From positions 64,001 to 128,000 of the forward strand of contig CAWAGQ010000007.1 of assembly GCA_963781585.1 (NCBI GenBank): 64,000 nt of DNA, written 5' to 3'. The translations under genes and the position numbers were made by a program. This DNA comes from an uncultured Gemmatimonadaceae bacterium (lineage in GTDB: Bacteria; Gemmatimonadota; Gemmatimonadetes; Gemmatimonadales; Gemmatimonadaceae). Shown piece after piece: positions 19,223 through 28,425 of the stretch (its first letter is position 1; each line of letters begins with the position of its first letter). The notes beneath the pieces were generated by a model, which was not told the DNA's origin, searched no databases, and was given only the letters and a program-made list of their open reading frames with translations.

Positions 19223-19602
19223 CGATGACCTCGCCGTTTCTTCTCCAGACTGCGCACCCGTCGCGACAGGCGCCGCAGGTCGTCCGTGCCCAGCGCGCGA
19301 TCGTCCACCAGGCGCGCGAGGAGCTGCTCGTGCGAGCCCTGGAAGAGCGTGTTCACCAGGCGGGCGAGTGCGCTCCGCTGCGCCGCGTGTTGGGCGACGC
19401 GGGGAAAGTAGCGGTGCGCGCGTCCCTCCTCCTCGTGCGAAACGAATTCCTTGGCCTCGAGGTTGCGGAGGATGGTGAGCACGGTCGTGTAGGCCAGCTT
19501 CGCGTCGAGCCGTTCGCGCACCTCGCTGACCGTGCCGGAGCCGATCTCCCAGAGCACCGCCATCACGTCGAGCTCGCGATCGCCCAGCGTCGTTTCGTCC
19601 AT
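19219..19602 (-). CDS. BlaI/MecI/CopY family repressor
   Basis: LGDRELDVMAVLW..TVSEV..LAYTTVLTILRNLEAK..GRAHRY. Confidence 0.93.
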   Translation of the reverse strand: MDETTLGDRELDVMAVLWEIGSGTVSEVRERLDAKLAYTTVLTILRNLEAKEFVSHEEEGRAHRYFPRVAQHAAQRSALARLVNTLFQGSHEQLLARLVDDRALGTDDLRRLSRRVRSLEKKRRGHR

Positions 19603-19629
19603 GGGTCGCCAGTGCGGAAGGGGCGTTAG

Positions 19630-19691
19630 CAACTATCAGGATAGTAGTATCTACCATCCGCGGCCCCGCTTGTCAACTATGCCGATAGTAG
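19630..19691 (-). promoter_or_regulatory. Sigma70-type promoter flanked by two BlaI-type operator boxes
   Basis: CAACTAT-cag-GATAGTAG (19630-19647) and CAACTAT-gcc-GATAGTAG (19674-19691), each with an ACTAT..ATAGT palindrome; minus-strand TTGACA (19676-19671)-N17-TAGATA. Confidence 0.8.
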
Positions 19692-19833
19692 CCGAGGCGC
19701 GACCGCGTTCGTGATCGTCACCGGCGCCAGTTTCGTGCGCAGCACTGCACCCGCGCCGTACCTCCAGACCAGCGAGAACTGCGTGGCGGCCAGACGCGCT
19801 CCGTCGTTTGGCGTCAGGCGGCGCGGATCGGAC

Positions 19834-20421
19834 TCACCGACTCGGCCGCGGCAGCGCCGACGGCGGAATCATCCCCAGGAGTCGCATGTAACTCGCGACC
19901 TGGCTGTAGTGCTCGGCGAGATCCGTCACGAACGCGAGAAGGTAGCGCGTGCGTACGATCGTGCGACCCGAGCCGGCTGGACCTGCCGGCAGCGGGTCGT
20001 CGAGCATCGCGTCATCGAGCCGGGCGATCGCACTGTCGCAAAACGCCAACGACGCCTTCAGGCGCGCGACCAGCGTATCCTTCGGCCACATGGCCTTGAC
20101 CGTGTCGGCCACCGAGTCCCTCGCAGAACGCGGGGCGTTGGCCTCACCGAGAGACGCGCACAGCTGGTAGTTCGCGTCCTCGAGGTGCTGGGCGATGTAC
20201 CCGATCGACTGCTGCACCGGAGTCGGCTTGTAGGCGTACCCGGCGGCGGGGATCGAGTCGAACGCCTCGACCAGCCAGCCGCCGTAGTGCGCGGCGAACG
20301 CTCGGTACGAGAGCGTCATGCCGTTGGTCGTTGGCCGCGGGGGCGCGCCAGTGGGCTGCTGAGCGACCAGAGTCATCGGCCCGGCCAGCGCGGACAGAAT
20401 CAGGATGCGGATGCTCGGCAT
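19834..20421 (-). CDS. Secreted DinB family protein
   Basis: Signal peptide, YKPTP..SIGYIAQH, EHYSQVASYMRLLGMIPPS. Confidence 0.85.
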   Translation of the reverse strand: MPSIRILILSALAGPMTLVAQQPTGAPPRPTTNGMTLSYRAFAAHYGGWLVEAFDSIPAAGYAYKPTPVQQSIGYIAQHLEDANYQLCASLGEANAPRSARDSVADTVKAMWPKDTLVARLKASLAFCDSAIARLDDAMLDDPLPAGPAGSGRTIVRTRYLLAFVTDLAEHYSQVASYMRLLGMIPPSALPRPSR

Positions 20422-20718
20422 GGGCGCTTCGCGGGGCCGGCTGTCCGGCACGCACCACCCGTGCAGCGCGCGCGGAAACACCTCGACCTCGGCGCGAACG
20501 TTCGCGGACGCGAACGCCCTACGGAGGGTGTCCTTGACCTCGGGTTCCCGCCTGTCGTCGTCGGACGCGATCGCGAAATACAGGCGCGCCCTGATTCGCG
20601 GGGCGAGGAGATGCGGACTGTCCGGCTGTTTGGTGACCAGAAATCCACCGTGGAAGGGACGCGCCCGCCCCCACCCGGTCGGGCAGCGCCGCTGCGGTCT
20701 TGATCACGTACGCACCGC
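20422..20718 (-). pseudogene. Dienelactone hydrolase C-terminal relic with frameshift
   Basis: GAYVIKTAAALPDRVGAGAS / frameshift at about 20657 / FHGGFLVTKQPDSPHLLAPRIRARLYFAIASDD..VEVFPRALHGWCVPD; GxCxG nucleophile and N-terminus missing. Confidence 0.75.
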
Positions 20719-20897
20719 TCCGAATCCTCTGCGTCGTGTGTGTTCTCCACGGGATCCCCTCGCCGCGGGCCGGTGCGCCCAACGCGCGCTTCCACAATCG
20801 TCGTCGTGGCGAAACGGAGCGTCAAGTCCGAAACGCGGCTCGTGAGCCGCGCCGGCGCGTCGACGTGCTCGATGAGCGAGCATGTTACCTTGCCCGC

Positions 20898-21698
20898 GTG
20901 ACCACCGCGCTCACCATCGCAGTCGCCCAGACCATCCCGATCCGGGGTGACGTGGCGGCGAACACCGAGCAGCACCTGCGACTCGTTCGGCTGGCTGCGG
21001 GCGAGCAGGCGCGGGTGGTCGTCTTTCCCGAATTGTCGCTGACCGGCTATGAGCTGGATCTGGCGCGCGCGCTGGCGTTTACCGGGGAGGATCGTCGCCT
21101 GATGCCGCTGGTCGCGGAGGCGTCACTCCGCTCGATCACCCTCGTCGTTGGCGCGCCGCTCCGGATCGGAGTGGGGCTTCATATCGGCGCATTCATCATT
21201 TCGGCGGACGGCACAGTCGACGCGTACACCAAACATCGTCTGGGGGCCTTCGCAGCGAGTGCCAGCGCCGACGGCGTCGTTCCTCCCGCCGAGGCGACCG
21301 TCTTCGACGCCGGTGACCGGAATCCGCTCGTGAGGCTCGGCGACCATACCGCCGCGGTCGCCGTATGCGCCGACACGGGACGGGAGTCGCATCCGCGACT
21401 GGCCGCGGAGCGGGGCGCGACCACCTACCTCGCGAGCATGTTCGTCATTCCATCGGAATTCGAACGGGAAACAGCGACCCTCAGGGAACATGCCATCCGG
21501 TACGCGATGACGGTGGCGTTCGCGAACTACGGAGGCCCATCGGGGGGGCTCTCGTCAGGCGGAAGGAGCGCGATCTGGTCCGGGACGGGAGAAGTCCTGG
21601 CTCAGCTCGGCGCGTTCGGTGCAGGAGTGGCGGTCGCCGGCAAAGGCGATCCCGGCCGGGTCGGCAGGACGATCATGCTCGATCGCACCAGGGATTGA
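20898..21698 (+). CDS. Carbon-nitrogen hydrolase (nitrilase superfamily)
   Basis: VFPELSLTGY (Glu), YTKH (Lys), AVCAD (Cys). Confidence 0.9.
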   Translation: MTTALTIAVAQTIPIRGDVAANTEQHLRLVRLAAGEQARVVVFPELSLTGYELDLARALAFTGEDRRLMPLVAEASLRSITLVVGAPLRIGVGLHIGAFIISADGTVDAYTKHRLGAFAASASADGVVPPAEATVFDAGDRNPLVRLGDHTAAVAVCADTGRESHPRLAAERGATTYLASMFVIPSEFERETATLREHAIRYAMTVAFANYGGPSGGLSSGGRSAIWSGTGEVLAQLGAFGAGVAVAGKGDPGRVGRTIMLDRTRD

Positions 21699-21739
21699 GC
21701 ACGGCCTTCACCGGCTCCCGTGCTGCAGACTCGTGACGT

Positions 21740-22267
21740 CTATGGTCGCATGGGCGGCTGCACGATGAGAAGCGCCGTCGCGACAGAAGATCCGATGGTC
21801 GCGATGCCGAGCGCGACGAGCGCGAGAATATGGCCGATCACGCGCGCCTGAACCGGCCGACCAAGGAGGAGCTGGACATCGGCGGGTCGATCATCCCCGC
21901 CGAGTACGCGCAGTGTGTACGTCCCCGCGTGCCGAATCTCGAACGACCGCAGTTGCACCCGAACTCGCGTGAATGACCTGACGACGGTGCGGAAGACAAC
22001 GCGATGCATCGGGACGTCGCGTCCATCGGCGTCCGCGATCCCGAAATCGAGTCCGCCGAACCTCGCGGAAGTGGAACCCCCCTCAGCGTACAGGTCGTAC
22101 GAGCCGGCCGCGGCGAACGTCACGGTCTGCGCGACGGCGAGCGGCAGCGACGCGACGACCGATGATCGGAGCGTGCGAAGGAGACTCCTGATGGTGAATC
22201 CGAGGAGAATCGCAGCCACGACCGCGGCGGGTGCGCTCAGGAACACCCAATGCGATACCGGCTTCAT
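21740..22267 (-). CDS. Hypothetical 2-TM membrane protein
   Basis: N- and C-terminal TM helices around a beta domain; ATGA overlap with upstream gene. Confidence 0.7.
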   Translation of the reverse strand: MKPVSHWVFLSAPAAVVAAILLGFTIRSLLRTLRSSVVASLPLAVAQTVTFAAAGSYDLYAEGGSTSARFGGLDFGIADADGRDVPMHRVVFRTVVRSFTRVRVQLRSFEIRHAGTYTLRVLGGDDRPADVQLLLGRPVQARVIGHILALVALGIATIGSSVATALLIVQPPMRP

Positions 22268-22671
22268 GGGGTGTCGTGCACCGGGCGGCTGCCGGTTCGC
22301 GTCCGCTTGAGGAGGACGGCCAGCCGGCACTCGAAATCCGACGGGATGTAGATGTCCGTCTGATATGTCCGGTAGCCCGGAAATGAGATGCGCAGCGTGT
22401 ACTCGCCCATGCTCACCGGGCGAATGTCGTACGATCCATGGTCATCGGTGCGCGCGGTGTACACCACGTCCTTGTTGCCCTCCGCGCTGCCTCGCAGTTC
22501 GACTGTCGCATGAACGTCTTTCTCCTTCAGGTCGAGCCAGGTGACGCCCTCGAACTCCACGTAGCCGTGCATCAGCCCGCGGCCGGATTGATGCTCCGGA
22601 TGGCCCCCGCGGAGGATCAGCGTCAGAAGCAGTGCGCTTGCCGGGAGTGCGGCGCGAAACGATGTGAACAT
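22264..22671 (-). CDS. Carboxypeptidase regulatory-like domain protein
   Basis: ATVEL..TARTDDHGSYDI..GEYTLRISFPGY pattern; signal-like N-terminus. Confidence 0.75.
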   Translation of the reverse strand: MFTSFRAALPASALLLTLILRGGHPEHQSGRGLMHGYVEFEGVTWLDLKEKDVHATVELRGSAEGNKDVVYTARTDDHGSYDIRPVSMGEYTLRISFPGYRTYQTDIYIPSDFECRLAVLLKRTRTGSRPVHDTP

Positions 22672-22753
22672 GACAATCCCTCGGTGCCATGAGGAGGTGC
22701 TGGCGTGGGTGACACGCCAGATTCTGAATAGCGTCGCGGTGGTGCCGAAGCAA

Positions 22754-24427
22754 TCACCGGACGGGGCTGTGGCGGCTCGTGGCCTGGCTCTCGATGGCGG
22801 CCAACGCGTCGGCGATCACCACATCCGGATACTGCAGCAGCTTGAGCAAGGCAATGGCGTTCCGGGTGGACGAGGGCCCGGGCTGCAGCAGGTAGTCGAA
22901 CGTCAGCGCGTCACCATCGACCTGCTCCCGGAAATGATACGGTGTGTAGGCGTCACCCAGCATGTCGAGCATCTCCAGATCGTGCGTGGCAACCACCACG
23001 ATGTCAGCGCCGCGATCGAGGAACGACAGCACGGCGTAGGACGCCGCGATGCGCTCGGGAGTGTTGGTGCCCCGGAACAGCTCGTCCAGCAGGAAGAGCG
23101 CCTGACGCCCGTCCGCCTTGGCCTGGATCAGTGAGCGCACCGATTCGACTTCGGCGAGATAGTGACTCTTGCCGTCGACGAGGCTGTCGGAGCGGCCGAT
23201 CGACGAATGGACCTGAAGAAGCGGGGCGCGCCAGGTTTTCGCGCACACCGTGTGCAGCGTCTGCGCCAGCACCGCATTCACGCCGAGTGCGCGAACGAAC
23301 GTGGTCTTGCCGGCCATGTTCGAGCCGGTGATCAGCACGCTGGCGTCGCTGATCGTGATCGAGTTGGCGACGGGAGCGGTCAGCAGCGGATGATAGAGGC
23401 CGTCGGTGCGAAGTCCCTTTCGCGCTCCGGTGAATTCGGGTGCCGCGCAGTATCGCAGCGACCGCCGCCACGACACGATCGACTGCGCGGCGTCGATGTA
23501 GCCGATCGCGGCGAACATGGTCCGCAGCAGAGGACGTGCATCGCGCACGGCCTGGGTCCCGAACACGAAGGCGTTCACATCGAAGAGGAAGAGGAGGTTC
23601 AGGTACTCATAGATGGTGGCCGCCACCTCATTTGTCTGTCCCGGCTCGAACAACAACCAGCCGGTGGCCCGGCGAAGGAGTCCGAGTTGGCGCGCGCCGT
23701 CGCGTAGCGTCTCGACTTCCTCCTCGAGTCCGGGCAGCTGGAGTGCACCCAGCTGCCGCGCGACGCCAAGGAGCGCCGGGATTTCGTGGTACGCGGGCGT
23801 GAATGTCCGGACGCGCGGCTTGTAGTAGAGCTGCACGCAGATGTTGGTGGCGCACACGGCCAGCCAGATCACCGCGGCGCGCGGCCAGAACGCCACCAGC
23901 GCCAGGCAGCCGAAGGAGCTCGCGGTGAGAAGCGGGAAGATCCACCAGAGGCGCGGGCGGGAAGGGAGGTCGCCGAAGAGCAGCGCCACGATAAACGCGG
24001 CGCGGGGATCACGCAGTCGACCGAGGGCGTCGCGAAGCCGGGTCAGGACCGCGTCGTCGCCGGCCAGCGCCAGCACCGCCTGCTCGAGTCGCCGGAGCGG
24101 CGACGCCGAAAACCGGGGCGTGCGCAGCAGATGAAAGAGGTACTGGCGCCCGACCTGGCTCTCGGTGCGGTCGAGGGTGGAAAAGACCGCGTCCAGATCG
24201 AGGTCGCGCCAGGTGGCCTCGTCGATCGCGTCACCAGTCGCCGCTTCGGGCAGGCGGTCGTGATAATCGGCGACGTGTGACATGTCGGCCTTGCCTTCCT
24301 GCATACCGGGTCGCAAGCCGCGCATAACGCGAAAGGAGATGCGTCCCCGCGCGATGAGGCGCGGAATCAGCAGCCCGACGACGCCGACGAGGACGAGCGC
24401 GAGCAAGACGGGAGCAGCTTGTGTCAT
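22754..24427 (-). CDS. Membrane-anchored MutS-related ATPase (MutS domain V, no mismatch-binding domains)
   Basis: TWRDLDL, YHPLL..N, TGSNMAGKTTF, S(H)YLAE, LLDELFRGTN, ATHD, NAIALL; TM helices. Confidence 0.88.
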   Translation of the reverse strand: MTQAAPVLLALVLVGVVGLLIPRLIARGRISFRVMRGLRPGMQEGKADMSHVADYHDRLPEAATGDAIDEATWRDLDLDAVFSTLDRTESQVGRQYLFHLLRTPRFSASPLRRLEQAVLALAGDDAVLTRLRDALGRLRDPRAAFIVALLFGDLPSRPRLWWIFPLLTASSFGCLALVAFWPRAAVIWLAVCATNICVQLYYKPRVRTFTPAYHEIPALLGVARQLGALQLPGLEEEVETLRDGARQLGLLRRATGWLLFEPGQTNEVAATIYEYLNLLFLFDVNAFVFGTQAVRDARPLLRTMFAAIGYIDAAQSIVSWRRSLRYCAAPEFTGARKGLRTDGLYHPLLTAPVANSITISDASVLITGSNMAGKTTFVRALGVNAVLAQTLHTVCAKTWRAPLLQVHSSIGRSDSLVDGKSHYLAEVESVRSLIQAKADGRQALFLLDELFRGTNTPERIAASYAVLSFLDRGADIVVVATHDLEMLDMLGDAYTPYHFREQVDGDALTFDYLLQPGPSSTRNAIALLKLLQYPDVVIADALAAIESQATSRHSPVR

Positions 24428-24487
24428 GACGCTTACGTCCTTCACCGGGGGTTGATGGGTTCTGCAGCGATCCGTATTGTGGGCTCC

Positions 24488-25369
24488 ATGATACCCATCA
24501 AAACCTCCGCCTCCTTCGCTCTGATCGGAATCCTGGCTGCGCACGGAAATGCCGGGGCCCAAAGCGCGGCTCCGGCCACGGAAGTTACCCTTCCCGGAAC
24601 GGAGATGCGCTCGCTCCACTCCGATGTGACCGGGACCGACTACCGGATCTACGTCGCGCTCCCGCCTGACTACGCAACCAACAGGGAGGCGCGCTATCCG
24701 GTGGTCTATCTGGTGGACGGAGATGCGTTGTTCTCGCCCGCGATTGGGGCGCTCAATATCCTTGTCTCCGGCAAGCTGGCGCGCGGGGCGGTCCTCGTCG
24801 GCATCGGCTACCAGGCGCTGGATCAGAGGTCGGTATTACGATCGACGGAGTTGACCCCGACACGATGGCCGGCTGCCGACAGCGCGCTGAGCAAGGAATA
24901 CGGGTCGAAAGTCCGATCGGGTGGAGCCGAGAAGTTTCTGCTCGCTCTGAAGACGGAAATCGTCCCGTTCGTCGAAAAGACCTACCGTACCTCGCCCGAA
25001 AGGATGCTCGCGGGATACTCGTTTGGCGGACTGTTTGGCGTGTACGTTCTCTTCCACGAACCGAGCCTCTTCAAGGACTATCTGCTGGGCAGTCCGACGC
25101 TCGCGTGGGACAACGGGGTCGTGTTTCAGTACGAGAGCCAGTACGCGGCCGCCCACAAGGATCTGCCGGCTCGGGTCTTCCTGTCGTGTGGCTCGCTGGA
25201 GGACGCGCGAATGATCGGCCCCGTGCAGAAAATGGTAGAGACCCTCAAGGGGCGAAACTACGGTGGTCTCCAACTGACGGACCACGAGTTCGACGGAGAG
25301 ACGCACGTTTCCGGCATTCCCACCGCGATCAGCCGGGGTCTACGCGTGTTGCTCGCGTCCGGGGGATGA
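24488..25369 (+). CDS. Secreted alpha/beta hydrolase, IroE/BesA-like esterase
   Basis: Signal peptide, YPVVYLVDG, SGGAEKF, GYSFGG, ETHVS. Confidence 0.88.
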   Translation: MIPIKTSASFALIGILAAHGNAGAQSAAPATEVTLPGTEMRSLHSDVTGTDYRIYVALPPDYATNREARYPVVYLVDGDALFSPAIGALNILVSGKLARGAVLVGIGYQALDQRSVLRSTELTPTRWPAADSALSKEYGSKVRSGGAEKFLLALKTEIVPFVEKTYRTSPERMLAGYSFGGLFGVYVLFHEPSLFKDYLLGSPTLAWDNGVVFQYESQYAAAHKDLPARVFLSCGSLEDARMIGPVQKMVETLKGRNYGGLQLTDHEFDGETHVSGIPTAISRGLRVLLASGG

Positions 25370-25478
25370 GGGCGCTTTCCGGCACCCGCATGCCTTCCGC
25401 AGCCCGGACCGCGGCGGCCCGAAGCGGCCCGGCGAACGGCCTGAGAGGAGCGAGAAGCAGCGGCCAGACTGACTCGCG

Positions 25479-25982
25479 CTATCCCGTCCCGTCGTACGCA
25501 CGGCGCAGGGCGGCGATCTCGAGCTTTTTCATCCGCAGCAGCGCTTCCATGGCCCGCTGCGACCCCGGCGAATTCTCGTCCTTGAAGATGTAGTCCATGT
25601 CGGCGGGGACGACCTGCCACGAGACGCCGTACCGGTCCTTCAACCACCCGCATTGCTGCGCCTTCGGATCGCCCCCCGCGCCGAGCTTCGCCCAGTAGTC
25701 GTCGATCTCGGCCTGGGTGGCGCAGCTCACCTCGAGCGAGATGGCCTCGTTGAACCTGAACAACGGACCACCGTTGAGGGCGGTGAACGCTTGACCGTCG
25801 AGCTCGAACCCGACCGTCAGCACCGATCCGGCGGGTCGATGATGCGTTTCGAATCCGGCGGTCCCGTACCGGGTAATCGCGGTGATCCGCGAGTTCTTGA
25901 ATATCCCGACATAGAAGCGGGCCGCTTCCTCGGCCTCGTCCGCAAACCACAGGCAGGGTCTGATTCTCTGAATCGCGGCCAT
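25479..25982 (-). CDS. VOC/PhnB-like (3-dmu-9 3-mt family) protein
   Basis: PCLWFADEAEEAA, ALNGGP, CGWLKDRYGVSWQV. Confidence 0.92.
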   Translation of the reverse strand: MAAIQRIRPCLWFADEAEEAARFYVGIFKNSRITAITRYGTAGFETHHRPAGSVLTVGFELDGQAFTALNGGPLFRFNEAISLEVSCATQAEIDDYWAKLGAGGDPKAQQCGWLKDRYGVSWQVVPADMDYIFKDENSPGSQRAMEALLRMKKLEIAALRRAYDGTG

Positions 25983-26036
25983 GAGTTCGTCTCGGGTGAT
26001 GGTGACCCGAACAACACGAAATTCCGTCGTTGACGA

Positions 26037-26798
26037 CTATCCGACTCCGCTGACGCTGGCGAATTGCATCATGTCGAGACTGAAGTGGATGCACCAGAAC
26101 CACGCCACGTCCCGTGATCGCTGCAGCACGAGGATCACGGCCACGCCGAGGCCCGCGTCTCGCAACAGTCCGCCCAGCTCGGACCAGGTCGCGCCCTGCG
26201 ACACCATCGTGGGAACATGGCCTGCGGCAAACAGACAGGCGACGACAACGGTGGCCCAGCGGCTCCCGATGGCAGCGGCCAGGCGCACGAACAGGATGGC
26301 GATTGTCAGATCCTCGAGAAACACCTGCACCATCTCGTCAACGTGCTGATAGCGCCAGATTCTGACTGCCACGACCCATGGCGCGTCCGCTCCCGCTCGC
26401 AACCGGCAGTATGCGGTAACGGCGCCCATCGAGAGCACGAGCCCCACCAGAAGTCGCAGCGCGATTCGGCGCCGTGGCAGCCACGCCGTAGTCCACGACT
26501 GCCGGCGAACGAGCAGCACGAGAAGAATCGGCGCGAAAATCAGAATCTGGTTGATTGCACCCATGACCGGACCGAAGGAGCCCTGCTCCGGCAACCGGAT
26601 TCCCCTGGTCCACAGCTGACCCACCGCCACGATTCCGATCGCTCCGACCAGCGCGATCCCGAACTCCCTCCACGGCCGCGCAAAGCTCTCCACCGCCTCG
26701 AGGGGCCACACGCGCGGCCCGAAACGACTGACCACCAACCATCCGCCCACCCCGACCAGGTAGGCGAAGACCAGCGGAGGGTAGTGTTCCTGGAACAC
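26037..26798 (-). CDS. Polytopic membrane protein, CPBP/Abi-like
   Basis: AGGAGG RBS plus GTG; FLED, LFAAGH, CIHF motifs resembling CPBP; multiple TMs. Confidence 0.65.
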   Translation of the reverse strand: MFQEHYPPLVFAYLVGVGGWLVVSRFGPRVWPLEAVESFARPWREFGIALVGAIGIVAVGQLWTRGIRLPEQGSFGPVMGAINQILIFAPILLVLLVRRQSWTTAWLPRRRIALRLLVGLVLSMGAVTAYCRLRAGADAPWVVAVRIWRYQHVDEMVQVFLEDLTIAILFVRLAAAIGSRWATVVVACLFAAGHVPTMVSQGATWSELGGLLRDAGLGVAVILVLQRSRDVAWFWCIHFSLDMMQFASVSGVG

Positions 26799-26932
26799 GC
26801 GTTCCTCCTGTACGCTCCTCGCGCGCCTGGCGGCGTGCGCATCGGAGCAGTTTGCCGAGTCGCAAGTTGCGCCCGCGGATCGACCCTGGCTAGAATGCGC
26901 CCTCACGCGCGCCCGTACCGCGAGAACGACTC

Positions 26933-27313
26933 ATGCCGCCCACGACAGCGAACGGCAAGATCTGCTACATCGAAATTCCAGCGGTCGACATCGCTCGCTC
27001 GGCCGACTTTTTCGCCGGGGTTTTCGGCTGGCGCACGCGCAAGCGCGGCGACGGCGCGCTGGCGTTCGACGACGGGGTCGGCGAGGTCAGCGGCACCTGG
27101 GTCCTCGGCCGGCCACCAATGTCGGCAGTGGGGCTGCTCATCTACGTGATGGTCGACAGCGTCGCGGCCACGATTGACGCGGTGGTCGCCAACGGCGGGG
27201 TGATCGTGCAGCCGATCGGCGGCGACGCGCCGGAGGTCACCGCCCGATTCCGTGACCCGGCGGGGAACATCTTCGGGCTCTATCAGGAGCCGGGTCGCCC
27301 CGCATCCAGCTGA
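26933..27313 (+). CDS. VOC/glyoxalase family protein
   Basis: GKICYIEIPA, FFAGVFGW, FRDPAGN. Confidence 0.92.
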   Translation: MPPTTANGKICYIEIPAVDIARSADFFAGVFGWRTRKRGDGALAFDDGVGEVSGTWVLGRPPMSAVGLLIYVMVDSVAATIDAVVANGGVIVQPIGGDAPEVTARFRDPAGNIFGLYQEPGRPASS

Positions 27314-27325
27314 GCGCCGGGCCGC

Positions 27326-27967
27326 CTATCCGTCCGGTGGCGGCTGGACCGCGATGGCACGATACGAGGATCCCTGCACCAGCGGGCCATCCGGCTGCGG
27401 CTCCGCGTTCCTGAACACCATGGGAAGCGCCGGACACTGAGGCTGGGTGGCGAAGCCCGGCAGGCTCTCGCAGGCGTGAATCGAGAAGTGCAGGTGCGGA
27501 TGGTTCGCGGTATATCCGGTGTTGCCGCTCAGTGCCAGCGTGTCGCCCCGCACCACGACCTGTCCCGCCTGCACGCGCACTCCATCGTGCATCAGGTGTG
27601 AATAGACAGCGACCGTGGAATCGTCATGGCGGATCAGCACCAGGTTCGGTCGGGCTGTTGAATCGTGTGGCCCGTCGTCGCGCGCGGCACTGTAGGCGTA
27701 GTACACGGTTCCGCCACGGGCGGCGGTGACGATCGATCCCACAGGCATGTCGAAATCATAGCTGTACGCCCAGAAGCCGGAGTGCCCGTATCCGGAGCAG
27801 TTGCCTTGCACGACACGGTAGCTGGCTCCGATGGGATACGGCAGCGTGTAGGGCGACGCGCCCGCGGCCCCATATCCTCCGCACACCTCATGGATGGGAG
27901 CGGTCGCAACCTCGGATCGGCACCCGGCAGCACAGCCGGGCAACACCACGGCGGCAACCTGGTACAC
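27326..27967 (-). CDS. M23 family peptidase-like lipoprotein (start uncertain)
   Basis: AAGC lipobox-like, H..YDF, AARGGTV, YSHL, SGNTGYT, PHLHF. Confidence 0.85.
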   Translation of the reverse strand: MYQVAAVVLPGCAAGCRSEVATAPIHEVCGGYGAAGASPYTLPYPIGASYRVVQGNCSGYGHSGFWAYSYDFDMPVGSIVTAARGGTVYYAYSAARDDGPHDSTARPNLVLIRHDDSTVAVYSHLMHDGVRVQAGQVVVRGDTLALSGNTGYTANHPHLHFSIHACESLPGFATQPQCPALPMVFRNAEPQPDGPLVQGSSYRAIAVQPPPDG

Positions 27968-28008
27968 ACGCGAGAACGCGGCCCGCCGCACTCGAATCGG
28001 CCCGGTGA

Positions 28009-28314
28009 CTATTTCCCTTCCGCAAGCGCGCGGGCCAGCAGCGACTCCCACACGCCGTCCACGGCCTCGATCGCGCTCGTCGCGACCGAAGCGCCGTCCA
28101 GACGATTCAGGAGCCGGCGGCGATTACGGTGGAAGTGCTGCTGGTAGCGGGCGGTCGCCTGTTCAGGCGACAGGTTCCTCGCATACCAGGATGCGACGGT
28201 GGCGAGGGTGCTCTCGTTCCACGCTGTCGCGGGAAGCGACCCATCCTCGTACTGCATCACCAGTTCCCACTGCCACGCGCGGTGCTCCGCCGTGAACGAT
28301 CCGGGGTCCGTCAT
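28009..28314 (-). CDS. Hypothetical protein (101 aa)
   Basis: GAGG RBS; ordinary amino-acid composition compared with shadow ORFs. Confidence 0.6.
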   Translation of the reverse strand: MTDPGSFTAEHRAWQWELVMQYEDGSLPATAWNESTLATVASWYARNLSPEQATARYQQHFHRNRRRLLNRLDGASVATSAIEAVDGVWESLLARALAEGK

Positions 28315-28425
28315 GGTTCGTATCCTCGTCGTGAATGACGTACGTATTCAAAGCGTTGCACGAACACCTGCGGACCGGCCACGAGTGTCAGCGCCGTGAC
28401 GCATCGCGCAAAATAGTACGGGGAA

